Assembly (NCBI GenBank): GCA_951406725.2
Contig: OX597834.1
Location: 7,378,001 to 7,442,000 of the forward strand
Direction: 5' to 3'
Length of the DNA: 64,000 nt
Origin: Octopus vulgaris
Taxonomy: Eukaryota
Shown: positions 27,272-40,600 of the stretch, piece after piece
How positions within the stretch are numbered: position 1 is the stretch's first letter
Layout: each line of letters begins with the position of its first letter
Notes under the pieces: model-generated
What the model saw: only the letters and a program-made list of their open reading frames with translations
Databases searched by the model: none
Told to the model about the DNA's origin: nothing
Position numbers and translations under genes: made by a program

Positions 27272-27306
27272 ATATCATGAATAGCGATAGCGAAACCGGT
27301 CGATAT
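27272..27306 (+). ncRNA. Minimal hammerhead with decayed core
   Basis: atatc-ATGAATA-gc gata gc-GAAA-ccgg-TC-gatat. Confidence 0.55.
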
Positions 27307-27425
27307 ACCGAAAATCATATTAAAACTATGTAAGTGTGCGTATTTTCCTTGTTTAATTTCTTATATACGTTACAACTCACCACGTGGGGATAATCGAAAT
27401 TCCTCTTTTCTGTTACTACTACTAC

Positions 27426-27502
<77 letters not shown>

Positions 27503-29363
27503 AAACTATGTGTGTGTATGCTTGCGTCTGTGTTTGTCCCCACTCCCGGTCGCCAACCGGTGATGATGTGCTTACGTCCCATAACTTAGCGCTTCGCGAA
27601 AGGGACCCAAAAAATAAGTACCAAGCTTAAAAAATGTATTAGTTCTGGCGTAGATTCATTCAACTAAAAATTCTTCAAGGCAGTACTCCAGCTTGGCCGC
27701 AGTGTAATGACTGAAACCAGTAAAAGATGAAAGATAAAAATATGATTTTAGACTACAAGAACACCGCTGCATAATTGAACATTTTTGCAAGAAACTAGCT
27801 TTAAAAGATGACAGGAATGAGTTTTAACATCAAAAGTGGATACGATGGAATAAAAGAGTTAAGCGAAACTTTGATAGTCGTTATATAAACGATTGATCTG
27901 GAGATATGAGGCGCGTAGCTCTATGAGCAATGTGGCAATGAGATAAATAGATAACAGGGAAAAAAATTTAGGAGATACAATGAGATAAATTGCTAAAAGA
28001 AACATTGATAACAATTGTATAAACGGCTGATGTTGAGATAGCGTTTAGCAGCTGTAAGAATAAGGTACCACTGAGATGGAAAGATTACAATTAAAAGAAC
28101 GCTGACACCTAAGTCCCCGATTTGTATTATAAGATGTAAACTTGTAATTTGAGGATTATTTAGGCTACCAGAATAGAAATCGTCCTCGGCCCGCTTAAAG
28201 AAGTTTTCTACATTTCAATTCAGGTGTTACGATTCCAGTTCTTTTAAAGTCTGGCCAGATACGTGCGTGCGACCTGGCACAAACGATAACTGCAGACACA
28301 TGGAGATGAAGATGGGAAGATGCTGATAATGCGAGCAAAACTAATACGATTATTGGATTTGTGCCTCTCAGGCTCGAATTATACATAAATTATACAATGG
28401 AGAATAGAAATATAAGATAATATAAGAATTACACCACAATAACTATACATCGAGTAATAACTCACATTTCTACAACTGCATATCACAGATGCAGACACAA
28501 AACACTGCTAAAACTCTATAACGTTTATTCATAGAAGTTTAAATAAGATCTTAAGAAATAAGAACTATGCATTGCGGAAAAGTGAGATAATAATAAGGTT
28601 GTGTAAATATAATTTAGACTGGAAGAGTAGAGTACTTAAAAGAGAGATGGGTTGATAGGAGATAATAAGTAAATGTAACATTGTTAACAACTATATAAAG
28701 CATTGATGCGGAAGTAAAAGATAGCAACATCAAGAACAATCGAGCAATAAGGAAAAAAAAACTAGCGATAAAAGTTAAATGAACGATGAAGAGTTTAAAG
28801 ATAGCAAATGAAATACTCAAATACCAAGATAAAAGCTATATATTTATAACACCTAACTCCTATTAAACGTAAGAAGATATGAATTCATAGCACCTAACTT
28901 CGATTAAATATAATATGTAAATTTATAACACCTAACTCATATTAAATATAAACAAGATGCAAATTGATAAGTGGAAGATTGTTTATATTCCCAGAATAGA
29001 TGCTGTCCGTGGTTTCTTCTTTCAAGCGCGTATTTTTATGGTAAATATGCCAACAAAAATTCAGTTGCAGACACAGAAGAAGATATTTCTGAATCATACC
29101 AGTTTCAGTCTCTAAACAGACACACGAAGCCCAGAAAAGGATGATTAATTGAAAGAATGTGAGAAAATCGATGGAATTCTGCACTAAGGCCTGCCATCAC
29201 TGATGCATTTTACAAAGAGGGTAATGAATAAAAAGATATTTTATTACATGACAAAATCCACCAACAGACAAGCAGCCCTCACTTTCATAACTACATAGTA
29301 CACGCATGCATGTACACATACAGATCTCTCTTTTCGAAGATAACATATACAGTTATACATAAA

Positions 29364-29779
29364 GGCGCAGGAGTGGCTGTGTGGTAAGTAGCTTGCTAAC
29401 CAACCACATGTTTCCGGGTTCAGTCCCACTGCGTGGCACCTTGGGCAAGTGTCTTCTGCTACAGCCCCGGGCCGACCAATGCCTTGTGAGTGGATTTGGT
29501 AGACAGAAACTGAAAGAAGCCCGTCGTATATATGTATATATGTATGTGTGCATGTATGTTTGTGTATCTGTGTGTGTCCCCCTAGCATTGCTTGACAACC
29601 GATGCTGGTGAGTTTACGTCCCCGTTTCTTAGCGGTTCGGCAAAAGAGACCGATAGAATAAGTACTGGGCTTACAAAAGAATAAGTCCCGGGGTCGATTT
29701 GCTCGACTAAAGGCGGTGCTCCAGCATAGCCGCAGTCAAAATGACTGAAACAAGTAAAAGAGTAAAAGAGTAAAGAGAG
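29364..29779 (+). mobile_element. SINE A
   Basis: Family match. Confidence 0.9.
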
Positions 29780-30069
29780 TTACTAAAACGGGAAAATTAG
29801 AAATAAGCGCTGATCCTCATGCCGGCTGAGAAAGGTTTTCGAAGACACCATGTAACCAGCAAAACCAATAACCAAGTACTATAACATGCTTTAGAACTTT
29901 AGGATGGTACTTCAAAGTTCACATTAGAAGAATACAATCTTGAGAATAGAATTGTGACAAGTTGAACAATCTCAGTCATCCTATTTGACGTTAATGTATT
30001 TGGCGACATGGATATCGTACTAAATTCAACGGAGGTAAGGTACCAAGAAGCTCAGACAAATCTTTACAT

Positions 30070-30484
30070 TACTCTTTTACTCTTTTACTTGTTTCAGTCA
30101 TTTGACTGCGGCTATGCTGGAGCACCGCCTTCAGTCGAGCAAATCGACCCCGGGACTTATTCTTTGTAAGCCCAGTACTTATTCTATCGGTCTCTTTTGC
30201 CGAACCGCTAGGTGACGGGGACGTAAACACACCAGCATCGGTTGTCAAGCAATGCTAGGGGGACAAACAGAGACACACAGACACACACACACATACATAT
30301 ATATACATATATACATATATATGACAGGCTTCTTTCAGTTTCCGTCTACCAAATCCACTCACAAGGCATTGGTCGGCCCGGGGCTATAGCAGAAGACATT
30401 TGCCCAAGATGCCACGCAGTGGGTCTGAACCCGGAACCATGTGGCTGGTTAGCAAGCTACTTACCACACAGCCACTCCTGCGCC
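30070..30484 (-). mobile_element. SINE A
   Basis: Family match. Confidence 0.9.
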
Positions 30485-31629
30485 TAGATCAAAGGATAAG
30501 AAATTTTATCAATGATCTGACACAACATCACAGCTACTAGATATAGCTGGGTTCAACAAAGACTTGTGAACCTCTTGTCTTGGATAACCTTTTACATTCA
30601 CCCATCAAATTCAAAGTTTGTTGACTGACTAAATAGAAATGGGTAAAAAAGATCCGTTCGTTATCATCGAAACTATCATCTCAACATTTAAAAAAAATTT
30701 AAGAACAGGAGATTTTGAATGCAACCTGTGTAACACAGTTGCCATCCGAAATAAAAACAGGGTAAACCTTGAAAACTGCTGTATAAATGTTTATATCGGT
30801 TCTCTCTCAAAAAAGAAAAAAAAAAAACTTTTATGTGACTTAGGATAAAAAGGACTGGCCTATGATCAGTTGCCGACGGAAATGGAATCATTAATTAAGT
30901 TGCCGGCGGAGATGGAAGCGTGGATGGGTTAACTGGACGGAGGTGTCAGATTTTGAAAAAAACGAACACCCCCTTGACTCCCAAAGACATGACTAATCAC
31001 GAGTTCTGATGCACTCAAGAAATGTCTTGAAATATCAAGTTAGAAGATAACAGAACAATACATAAAATATGGTTAAAAGAAGCATTATTTTAAGCGAAAA
31101 AAAAATGGCAGAGAACAGCAAAAGCAATCGATATACCACAGTTAGTACAATGGGATAAAATATTGATAGCAATTATATAAGAGTCTTATGTGTAGATTAC
31201 AGACAGAACTTACAACAATAATATAGCAACGAGATGAAAAGATAATAGAGATGAGACGTATGAAGATTTGAAAGAGAACAAATATAATAACAATCTCCAG
31301 AAATATGGAAAGAGAGAGAAATATCGGAAGAGAAAAACATGATCATACTGTTAGATCAGATATTGATGTTATAACAATATTTCATTGGAAATATAACAAG
31401 GTGAATATTTATATTAAATCCAGCTCTTGTTAAACAGAAACCAGTGTAATATATATAATACCATCGGATTTTTGTTAAATACGTCAAGTAAATTTTTCGA
31501 TATCCCACGTTTAATTCAAGTAATCCTATTAAATTCAACACGGCATAAAAACCTATAACACTTAACTTCTGTTAAATGTGATCTACATACGTATGACACA
31601 CACATACACGAAACCACAAACTCACACAC

Positions 31630-31689
<60 letters not shown>

Positions 31690-31692
<3 letters not shown>

Positions 31693-32020
31693 GGCTGCCC
31701 CCTCGTTATCGAGTATGGCCATTGCACGAAGCTTAACTGTCACTGGTGCTGTGATCGAATGTGACTTTTTAGCCCAGCTAAAGATCTATAATGTCTTCTA
31801 CAGAATTGACAACTAAAACCTTTACCAGTAATAGCCGGCTGTAGTTGTAACTGGGCTTCATGTACCTTTGCATGTCGTTTAAGTCCTCCTGCCGAATTAC
31901 ACTCTCTTCCACATGCCCGACAGATATGATTAGTATGGTGTGTTACACCATCACCAGTGGCCAGGTTGTCACTCATCTGTCTCGTTTTATGACTACGAAG
32001 ATGACTCTTGAGTCCAGCTT
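31690..32020 (-). mobile_element. RTE-like LINE 3' end with C2H2 zinc fingers
   Basis: CRACGRECNSAGGLKRHAKVH and CQFCRRHYRSLAGLKSHIRSQH; tail tggccatactcgataacgaggggcagcc recurs at 38042-38083. Confidence 0.75.
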
Positions 32021-32606
32021 TATATATATATATATATGCGTGTGTGTGTGTGTGTATGCATACATGTATATGTATATATATATGTATATGTATATGTATA
32101 TATATATACACACGTATGTATGTATTACGTATGTATAATCCAAAGATGATTTATACTACCAGAACAGAAACGTAGTCACTTCACATGCTCACGTTTAGAA
32201 ATTCGTAATTTTCGTAACAAATATCACAATTCTAATTCACAAGTTAAAAGAATTCGTTGGCTAAAGTTAATTTTTTGTTAAGACTTTGAAAACATTTCAA
32301 AATTGGATGGAAACGTTCCTGAATGTGACCTCGTTCAAACACGAAATACTGTCATATGGAAACCCTAAACACTCTGATTTGTATGGTGTGTTACACCAGC
32401 ACCAGTGGCCAGGTTATCTCGTTTGTTTTCGCCTCCACTTCTCCCGTCGGAGGAGGCGCGCGAGTATACGAACGGCCGCCGACCGGGCGAGCCCTAGTCG
32501 CTCGCCTCTGCTTTCGGCCCGCCGATTCCTCTTCTTCTTTTTCCGCTCGGCGGCGGCTACTTCCCGAGCTGCCGCGCTTCGTTTTTAAAGGTGTGTCGTC
32601 GGTGAT

Positions 32607-32667
32607 TCCTGGTGATACCTGCCAGTAGTCATATGCTTGTCTCAAAGCTTAAGCCATGCAAGTGTAA
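32607..32667 (+). rRNA. 18S rRNA 5'-end fragment (orphan/pseudogene) preceded by a GC-rich ETS-like segment
   Basis: cctggtgatacctgccagtagtcatatgcttgtctcaaagcttaagccatgca matches the conserved eukaryotic 18S start. Confidence 0.88.
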
Positions 32668-32938
32668 TGACAAGATTTCTGGATTTCTGTCTTTCACTCT
32701 GGTACTATTGATAAAGTATACAACGGAATGCTAAAGAATAAAACTATTTTTATCTCTTACACAATTACAACAACATAATACCAACAACAACGTTTACAAG
32801 TCTAAAATACACAGGAATACTATGGACGGAAGTTTTAATATAAAATTAAGTAAGCCAGAAATCAGAGATTGTAATAAGAGAAAAGTTTAAAGATTTTTAC
32901 CCGTTCTTCGTTCTTACATGTCTATTTGTTGGTTCGGT

Positions 32939-33325
32939 GGAGGCGCAATGGCTCAGTGGTTAGGGCAGCGGATTCGCGGTCATAGGATCGCGGTTTCGAT
33001 TCCCAAACCGGGCGTTGTGAGTGTTTATTGAGCGAAAACACATAAAGCTCCACGAGGCTCCGACAGGGGATGGTGGTGATCCCTGCTGTACTCTTTCACC
33101 ACAACTTTCTCTCACTCTTACTTCCTGTTTCTGTTGTACCTGTATTTCAAAGGGCCGGCCTTGTCACTCTCTGTGTCACGCTGAATATCCCCGAGAATTA
33201 CGTTAAGGGTACACGTGTCTGTGGAGTGCTCAGCCACTTACACGTTAATTTCACGAGCAGGCTGTTCCGTTGATTCGGATCAACTGGAACCCTTGTCGTC
33301 GTAACCGACGGAGTGCTTCCATCCA
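32939..33325 (+). mobile_element. SINE C
   Basis: Family match; flanking tttgttggttc duplication. Confidence 0.9.
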
Positions 33326-33485
33326 TTTGTTGGTTCAATTTTACGGTGAAAAGGACGTGAGTGAACAAACATTTACCGAAACAACTCCGGTAGCGATATA
33401 AACAAGAGCACTTTGAACCCAAAAGCCAACACGAGAGTTTCTCTCACGGTATCTTCCACAGTATAGTTTGTTCTACATATACATA

Positions 33486-33881
33486 CTAGTAGTATCGCCC
33501 GGCGTTGCTCGGGTTTGTAAAGGAAATAACTATATAAGCATTTTTAGAGATGTAAAGTATAATAGCCATCCCAATATGGCTAACCACAAAGGAGGGTGTT
33601 ACTGTAGCTTTTTACGTTCTGAGATTTAATAATACATTTTTAGAGAGTTACTTCCCTTATATATGCCAAAAATGCATTAAAAATGGGAAAAATTGATGGT
33701 AAATTTTTTTTTAAATCGTAGACTCATCGTAGACGCGCGCTAATACCCAGAAGGGCTCGATATGAATCACGACTATAAGATACCCGGTTTTTGTTAAACT
33801 GCACCGCAAAATGTGGGAGTAGTTAGGAATCTAAATCGTAGGAGACAGACACCACACAACCTCTCTTTTTATATATAAAGA
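33486..33881 (-). mobile_element. Non-autonomous Helitron
   Basis: On minus strand: A|TCTTTATATAT start, hairpin cccgagcaacgccggg, CTAG|T end. Confidence 0.8.
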
Positions 33882-34029
33882 TATTGCGTGTTCGTTTCTT
33901 TTTTGCATCTGGGATTTTATTTTTGTTATTCTATGTAAATGAAGATATTCCCTTCGATTTGCAGCTTTTCTTACTACGAATTGAGAAGATACATTGCAGA
34001 ACTGCTATTTTAACGAGCTGTGTCTATTT

Positions 34030-34135
34030 ATCACCCGACGAGACACCTCTGCACCGCCGGATGCTAATGAACCAGTTGTTAAATGCCCTACCCGTGAGGG
34101 ATCGATGCTAGATGTGTCGAAATAATTATCGTGAT
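34030..34135 (+). ncRNA. Type I hammerhead with CCGACGA core
   Basis: atcac-CCGACGA-gacac...gtgtc-GAAA-taatta-TC-gtgat. Confidence 0.78.
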
Positions 34136-34504
34136 TAATAATATATTCTCGTATATTTCATCTTCTGTCTTCCATATATATACATATATATATATATATA
34201 TAAATTAGAAAAAAACACCTTTTATCAATTCAAAATAAACAATTAAATTACACCATCTAGAAAATTACATATAATACAAATATTAAAGTTAAAATAACAG
34301 TAAAATACCAATGATTAAGTAAATTGCAAAAAAAATAATAAAAACGTATATAATTGGTAAAATAACAATAAAAACGTATATAATTGGTAGAAAAGCAATA
34401 AAATCGTATATAATTGGTAGAATAAATTTGATTTAGTATTTCTAAATTAAATTTTTTTCCCTGTAAGTTTTGATTAATATTCCCTCAAATAATTATTATA
34501 TATA

Positions 34505-35598
34505 TACAGGGTGCTCCAATATAAAAGCAACTAAATGTTTTCAATTTTGCCACAGAAAAATATTCTTATATTTCGGGTCCGTGAGTTGCGATGCAATGGC
34601 AAAGGAAGCACAGTTATGACCCCATCACATTTATTTGATATGACCACCTCTGTTTCGAATCACAGGCTTAAGTTTAGGTGTGAATGCTTTGCACGTGACA
34701 CGCAGCTGCTGGGCTCCTTGAGGGTCATAAATCTATGCCTATGGAGGACAGAATATTTTTCTGAATCCAGTATTGTGTCTGTTTGGAGCTGTGGGACGGG
34801 GCCAAGTCCTGTTCAAAGTGCGCCCCGAAAGTGTTCAATCGCCCATGGAAGCAGTTCAGCTTCCAGAATGTCATTAATGTATCACTGGGCATTAAGTTTT
34901 ACACCTGAGGGCACAAGAACGAAGGGAGACCTTCCAGCGGCTGCAATAGTCGCCCAAACCATAGCTGACTGTGGATTTTGACGTCCATTTACGTATCTAC
35001 CCTCTACGGAGCCAGATACATTCCAAAAGTCGATCATTCTGATGGTTTACTGTCTGTTCGATGTCAAATTTGTTTTCATTAGTGAACACCCGGTTGGGCA
35101 AGCATGCCTTCAGCAATCTGACAGAGGATAAGACGATTCCTCTCCAGTCTTATAGCGTTATAAACTTTTGTGAGTTCATGACGACGGTTCCTTTTCTAGG
35201 GATGGGTCCTGAGATCCTCCGTCAGCACTCGATACATCGATGTTCGGTTATTTTTGCTTTAGCAGCCAGTTTTCTGACAGAACGACGAGGATTTCACCGT
35301 ATATTTTCTCTGGTACTTTTGATAAGCTGAGGGGCCCGCACACTAGTTTTTCGGCCGCGCTCAAGCCGATCAATGGTGGAACCAGTCCCTTGAAATTCCT
35401 CGACCATTTTAACTGACTGTTGTTCGGTTAATTTAAAGCCTTTTAAGGTTTTTATTATAGAGGTATTCCTTTCACCTCCTTTATGGAGGGTTATGATTGT
35501 TTTTCGGTCTAATTTATAAGTCTGAATTTATTTAGTCTGAAACAAAAAGAAGCTTTTATAATGATGTATAATTTTATAACAGTTACCTTCATTTTAGG

Positions 35599-35605
<7 letters not shown>
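34505..35605 (-). mobile_element. Degenerate Tc1/mariner-superfamily (maT-like) transposon
   Basis: NHQNDR, AMVWATIAAAGRSPFVLVPSGVKLNAQ, DILEAELLPWAIEHF; tacagggtg terminus. Confidence 0.75.
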
Positions 35606-35646
<41 letters not shown>

Positions 35647-35694
35647 AATACACACACACACATCTATCTATCTATCTATCTATCTATCTATGAT

Positions 35695-35912
35695 TGATTG
35701 ATTGATTGATTGATTGATTCTAGTTTCAGCTTATGAGCTGCGGCCATGCTGGGGCACCGCCATTTGGTGGTGCTACTTGGTTTCACTTCACGAAAGCTTT
35801 CTAGCAACTGCCATTTGGTGCATGAGAGAGTTCGATGCAGCTGCCCTCATCTGCCCCTCCTGCCGTGAAGTTGGTTCATCTGGGACACCTGACAGGAAGA
35901 GATCCAGCTTCA
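35695..35912 (-). mobile_element. Short retroposon family E (A-like tail)
   Basis: Matches 49945-50165 (+) and the partial copy at 14335-14410. Confidence 0.75.
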
Positions 35913-36132
35913 TTTTAAGATATTAGAAAAAAACACTTTTTATCAATTCAAAATCAATAATTAAATTACACCATCTAGATGGTGTAATTTAATTATTCAT
36001 TTTGAATTGATAAAAGGTGGATTTTTTTCTAATGTTTTATATATATATTATTTTGTGTGGAATTTGATTTAGTATGTCTAAATTGAATTCTTTTTCCTTG
36101 TAAGTTTGGATTTTATTCCCTCAAATAATAAT

Positions 36133-36564
<432 letters not shown>

Positions 36565-36725
36565 GAGGACCGAAATCCTTCAAAGCGATGTCAAACATAA
36601 AATTCTACCAGTACTGTCCAAGTAAAGAATATATATAAAAAAATATATATTCAGTGTTTGCAAAAACAATAAATAAAGTGTAAGGAAAGGAAAAAAATGT
36701 ACATGTAGATGATCTTTAATTCATA

Positions 36726-37103
36726 ATCCAGGTTGGTACAGATCCAATATAACTTCTGCAAATTGTTTCGGAGACTAATTAATTCCAAAGACGAAAACGA
36801 AAAACTCTTCTTGAAATAAAGAATTAGTTTCTTCGTCAGGAGTTACAGGAATTACATATTGCTATGAATAATTACGACCGACAAAAATATACAAAGACCT
36901 TTCATAGCCCAAATGGGAACGAAGAAATAATCATTATTTGTTCGTTCCCGTCTGTTCTTGGTCGTAATTATTCATGACAATATGTAATTCCTGACGAATA
37001 ATCTATATTTCATTTCAAGAAGAGTATTTGGTTTTTGTCTTTGGAATTAATTAGACTCTGCAACAATTTGTAGAATTTATATCGGATCTGTACCAACCGG
37101 GAT
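36726..37103. mobile_element. Fold-back element with a decayed HHR in each arm
   Basis: Imperfect palindrome; HHR on minus strand at 36750-36845 and on plus strand at 36986-37077. Confidence 0.75.
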
Positions 37104-37289
37104 ATATATATATATATAATAAAATATTAGGGAATAAATCCAAACTTACAGGGAAAAATCAGATTATCTTTTATTAAACTTTTAATACATTTGATATATA
37201 TTTAAAATAATATAAATTAATTAATTTTATGTATTGGCTTATGTTTTTCATTGTTTTATTTGCCTAATAGTGGTTTTATCTCTAATTTA

Positions 37290-37363
<74 letters not shown>

Positions 37364-37368
<5 letters not shown>

Positions 37369-37789
37369 AAATAAGGATGTCTGAGAGATACCACCATGCC
37401 GAAATAGCAGTCAAATCCCTGACTCTAAGAACCACCTTAAATGTTCATATCGCACCATGAGATAAGACAGAGGGACAAAATAGACTAGCAAAAACAATAT
37501 TACTGAATAATTCAAGATCCTGGATTTCTACCTTTGCTTCAAATAAGCTTTGCTGTCATCAGTTGAATATATCAGATGGGCACATAAATACAAATTTATA
37601 TATACAGAACAAACGTTATACTTACATATAGGATCGTCCATACATATACATATTGTTTTTTTGCTAGTCTATTTTGTCCCTCTGTCTTATCTCATGGTGC
37701 GATATGAACATTTAAGGTGGTTCTTAGTGTCAGGGATTTGGCTGCTATTTCGGCATGGTGGTGTCACTCAGACATCCTTATTTTTAGTT
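37364..37789. mobile_element. Fold-back element family H2 with an HHR in the spacer
   Basis: Near-perfect arms 37364-37500 and 37650-37789; HHR on minus strand at 37510-37568. Confidence 0.8.
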
Positions 37790-38039
37790 GTAAAAAATTA
37801 TTACCTTTGTATGGTATTTATTCGCATGCTGGCCACTTGATAATACCGATATTTAAATATAGATATCATATATATATATATATATATAACGGGAAGGTTT
37901 ACGAAAATAAAAAAAAGACAAAGGCAGGTGGAGTACAAACAAACAAATGTATTAGTATGGCGCTCAGGAATAGAAATAAAACAAGTCTTTTACCTTTTAC
38001 ATACATACATACACACATACCCACATACATTCATACATG

Positions 38040-38510
38040 GTGGCTGCCCCTCGTTATCGAGTATGGCCATTGCACGAAGCTTAATCAATGTTGTTATCAT
38101 GCAATGCCTGTGCAAGAAGATTTTTTTAAAGTGAGGAAAGGCTGTGCACTAAGTCAATCCCACTCACTAAGCAACAGCAGGCATAATCCGAAAAGAAGAA
38201 CAAGTCAACATCATCGGTAACCACTGAGCCGCAGGTTTTATGTCGGAGTTATCCCAGTTACCTGAGTTACCTTCTCCCAGACGGATGCCCTAACAGAGGT
38301 AAGGAGTGCTTCACTCCCAATGGCTTAACCGCACGATCGGGTATTCAGTCCGAATATTTCTATGTCCCCGCGCATGATACAGTCTTAAGACATTTATTGG
38401 ATGGCCGTTGACTCTCAAGAGTCCTCCGCCCTTTGACGGGTTTTGTTTTTCATCCCGCTGAGTGTTCAATAAACACCCTCCTCACCAAGCAAGCTTGGTG
38501 GGGTTGCACA
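38040..38510 (-). mobile_element. Internally deleted RTE derivative (5'UTR-like part joined to the RTE tail)
   Basis: Tail identical to 31692-31735; ctgggagaaggtaactc...taaaacc resembles RTE 5'UTRs. Confidence 0.55.
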
Positions 38511-38666
38511 TACCTACATACATTCATACATACACATACATATATAATACATATGTATATATACATACATATATAAATACTCTGTTTTCTTCAAATAGCT
38601 ATATATTCTTAGCAGTTACGTATAGACCTACTCGCATTCAGAACATTATATAGAATTGTACACATA

Positions 38667-38830
38667 GGCGCAGGAGTTGCTGTGTGGTAAGTAGCTTGTT
38701 TATCAACCATATGATTCCGGGTTCAGCCCACTGCGTGGCATCTTGGGCAAGTGTCTTCTACTATAGCATCGGGCCGACCAAAGCCTTGTGAGTGGATTTG
38801 GTAGATGGAAACTGAAAGAAGCCCGTCGTA

Positions 38831-38912
<82 letters not shown>

Positions 38913-39156
38913 TGTGTGTGTGTGTGAGTGCGTGTATGTTTGTATGTCTGTGTTTGCCCCCCCAACATCGCTTGACAACCGATACTGGTGTGTGTTTGTC
39001 CCCGTCACTTGGCGGTTCGGCAAAAAAGACCGATAGAATATGTACTGGGCTTACAAAAGAATAAGTCCCGGGGTCGAGTTTTTTCGATTAAAGGCGGTGC
39101 TCCAGCATGGCCGCAGTCATGTGACTGAAACAAGTAAAAGAGAAAAAAAGAGAGTA
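38667..39156 (+). mobile_element. SINE A
   Basis: Family match. Confidence 0.9.
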
Positions 39157-39720
39157 TAGTCGATTGTACTGGCTTTCTGTTTCACTCCTTCTTACCTTCG
39201 CCCTCTTTTTCACTGTCTCTACCCCATTCTTTTCCATCCACGCCCACCACCACTCGTAAATTGCATCGCATTTATAAAACATACAACATCACACAACTTG
39301 GCAATGACATAACCGTGTTTGATTTTTTTTGCATTTCACGTGTACCTTGTTAAAATAAATAACCATTTGTACATAGAGTTATATCGATAAAAACAATGAT
39401 ATCGCCAGCAATAGTAACAACAATAACGAAAGTAGGAGCTATGAATGCAGCAATCACAGCGGAATTACCTCTGTTGACAGAAGAAACAGATCTAAAGCTA
39501 AAATCTGAGGAAAGCTAATATTTATAATTACTTAATTGAATTTTATGGCTCACTGAAGTCTCTCAGAAGAACAGACGTTCTTATCACAGCAGAAAATCAC
39601 CGTGAGTGTGTATTATCTTCCCCCACTCCCATATTATGTCTTGCTGGAAATAGCAAGTAAATCCGATCAAAATTATACTTTGGTGTCTTACGAAAGTGAA
39701 GGACATATAAGGCAAAATGT

Positions 39721-40100
39721 AAGCACTCCGTCGGTTACGACGACGAGGGTTCCGGTTGATCCGAATCAACGGAACAGCCTGCTCGTGAAATTAACGTGTA
39801 AGTGGCTGAGCCCTCCACAGACACGTGTACCCTTAAAGTAGTTCTCGGGGATATTCAGCGTGACACAGAGAGTGACAAGGCTGGCCCTTTGAAATACAGG
39901 TACAACGGAAACAGGAAGTAAGAGAGAGAGAAAGTTGTGATGAAAGAGTACAGCAGGGATCACCACCATCCCCTGCCGGAGCCTCGTGGAGCTTTAGGTG
40001 TTTTCGCTCAATAAACACTCACAACGCCCGGTCTGGGAATCGAAACCGTGATCCCACGACCGCGAGTCCGCTGCCCTAACCACTGGGCCATTGCGCCTCC
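39721..40100 (-). mobile_element. SINE C
   Basis: Family match. Confidence 0.9.
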
Positions 40101-40287
40101 ACGGTCGATAAAATAAATAACAGTTGGACACTCGTGTCAATATAATCGGCTTACCCCGCTCCTGAAATAACTTACCTTGAGCCACGTTATGAAACCGATA
40201 TTTCAAAGAGAAGATAAGGCGTCGAGCTAGCAGAATCAGCACTTTGGGCAAGATGCTTAGCGGTATTTCATCCATCTTTGCTTTCTG

Positions 40288-40600
40288 TGGAGGCAGATGG
40301 CCAAGTGGTTAGAGCAGCGGACTCGCGGTCGAGGGATCCCGGGTTCGAATCTCAAACCGGGCGATGTGTGTGTTTATGAGCGAAACACCTAAGCTCCACG
40401 CGGCTCCGACAGTAGGTAATGGCGAACTTCTGCTAACTCTTTCGCCACAACTTCCTCTCACCCTTTCCCCCTGCATCTTGTAGCTAATCTGCGATGGACC
40501 GGCGGCCCGTCCAAGTGGGGAGCCTATACGCCAAGGAAACCGGGAACCCGGCCCTTATATGCCAGGCATGGCTTGAGAAGGAACAAACAAACAACAACAA
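40288..40600 (+). mobile_element. SINE family D (C-like tRNA head, different body, (AAC)n tail) inside an old B-like copy
   Basis: TSD catctttgctttctg (40273-40287, 40601-40615). Confidence 0.85.

Noticed and set aside
27780-31350. A-rich stretch possibly from a decayed LINE, including three copies of a 40-bp unit at 28840-28950
   Set aside because: Too degenerate to assign by eye
31740-32111. Host C2H2 zinc-finger gene
   Set aside because: No splice context, begins in (TA)n and ends in a retroelement tail repeated at 38042
32939-33012. tRNA gene
   Set aside because: SINE C head; continues into the SINE body with no acceptor stem or terminator
37375-37418. HHR-like ctgagaga...gaaatagcagtc in the H2 arms
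   Set aside because: No stem II pairing and the core is not conserved in the 9601 copy
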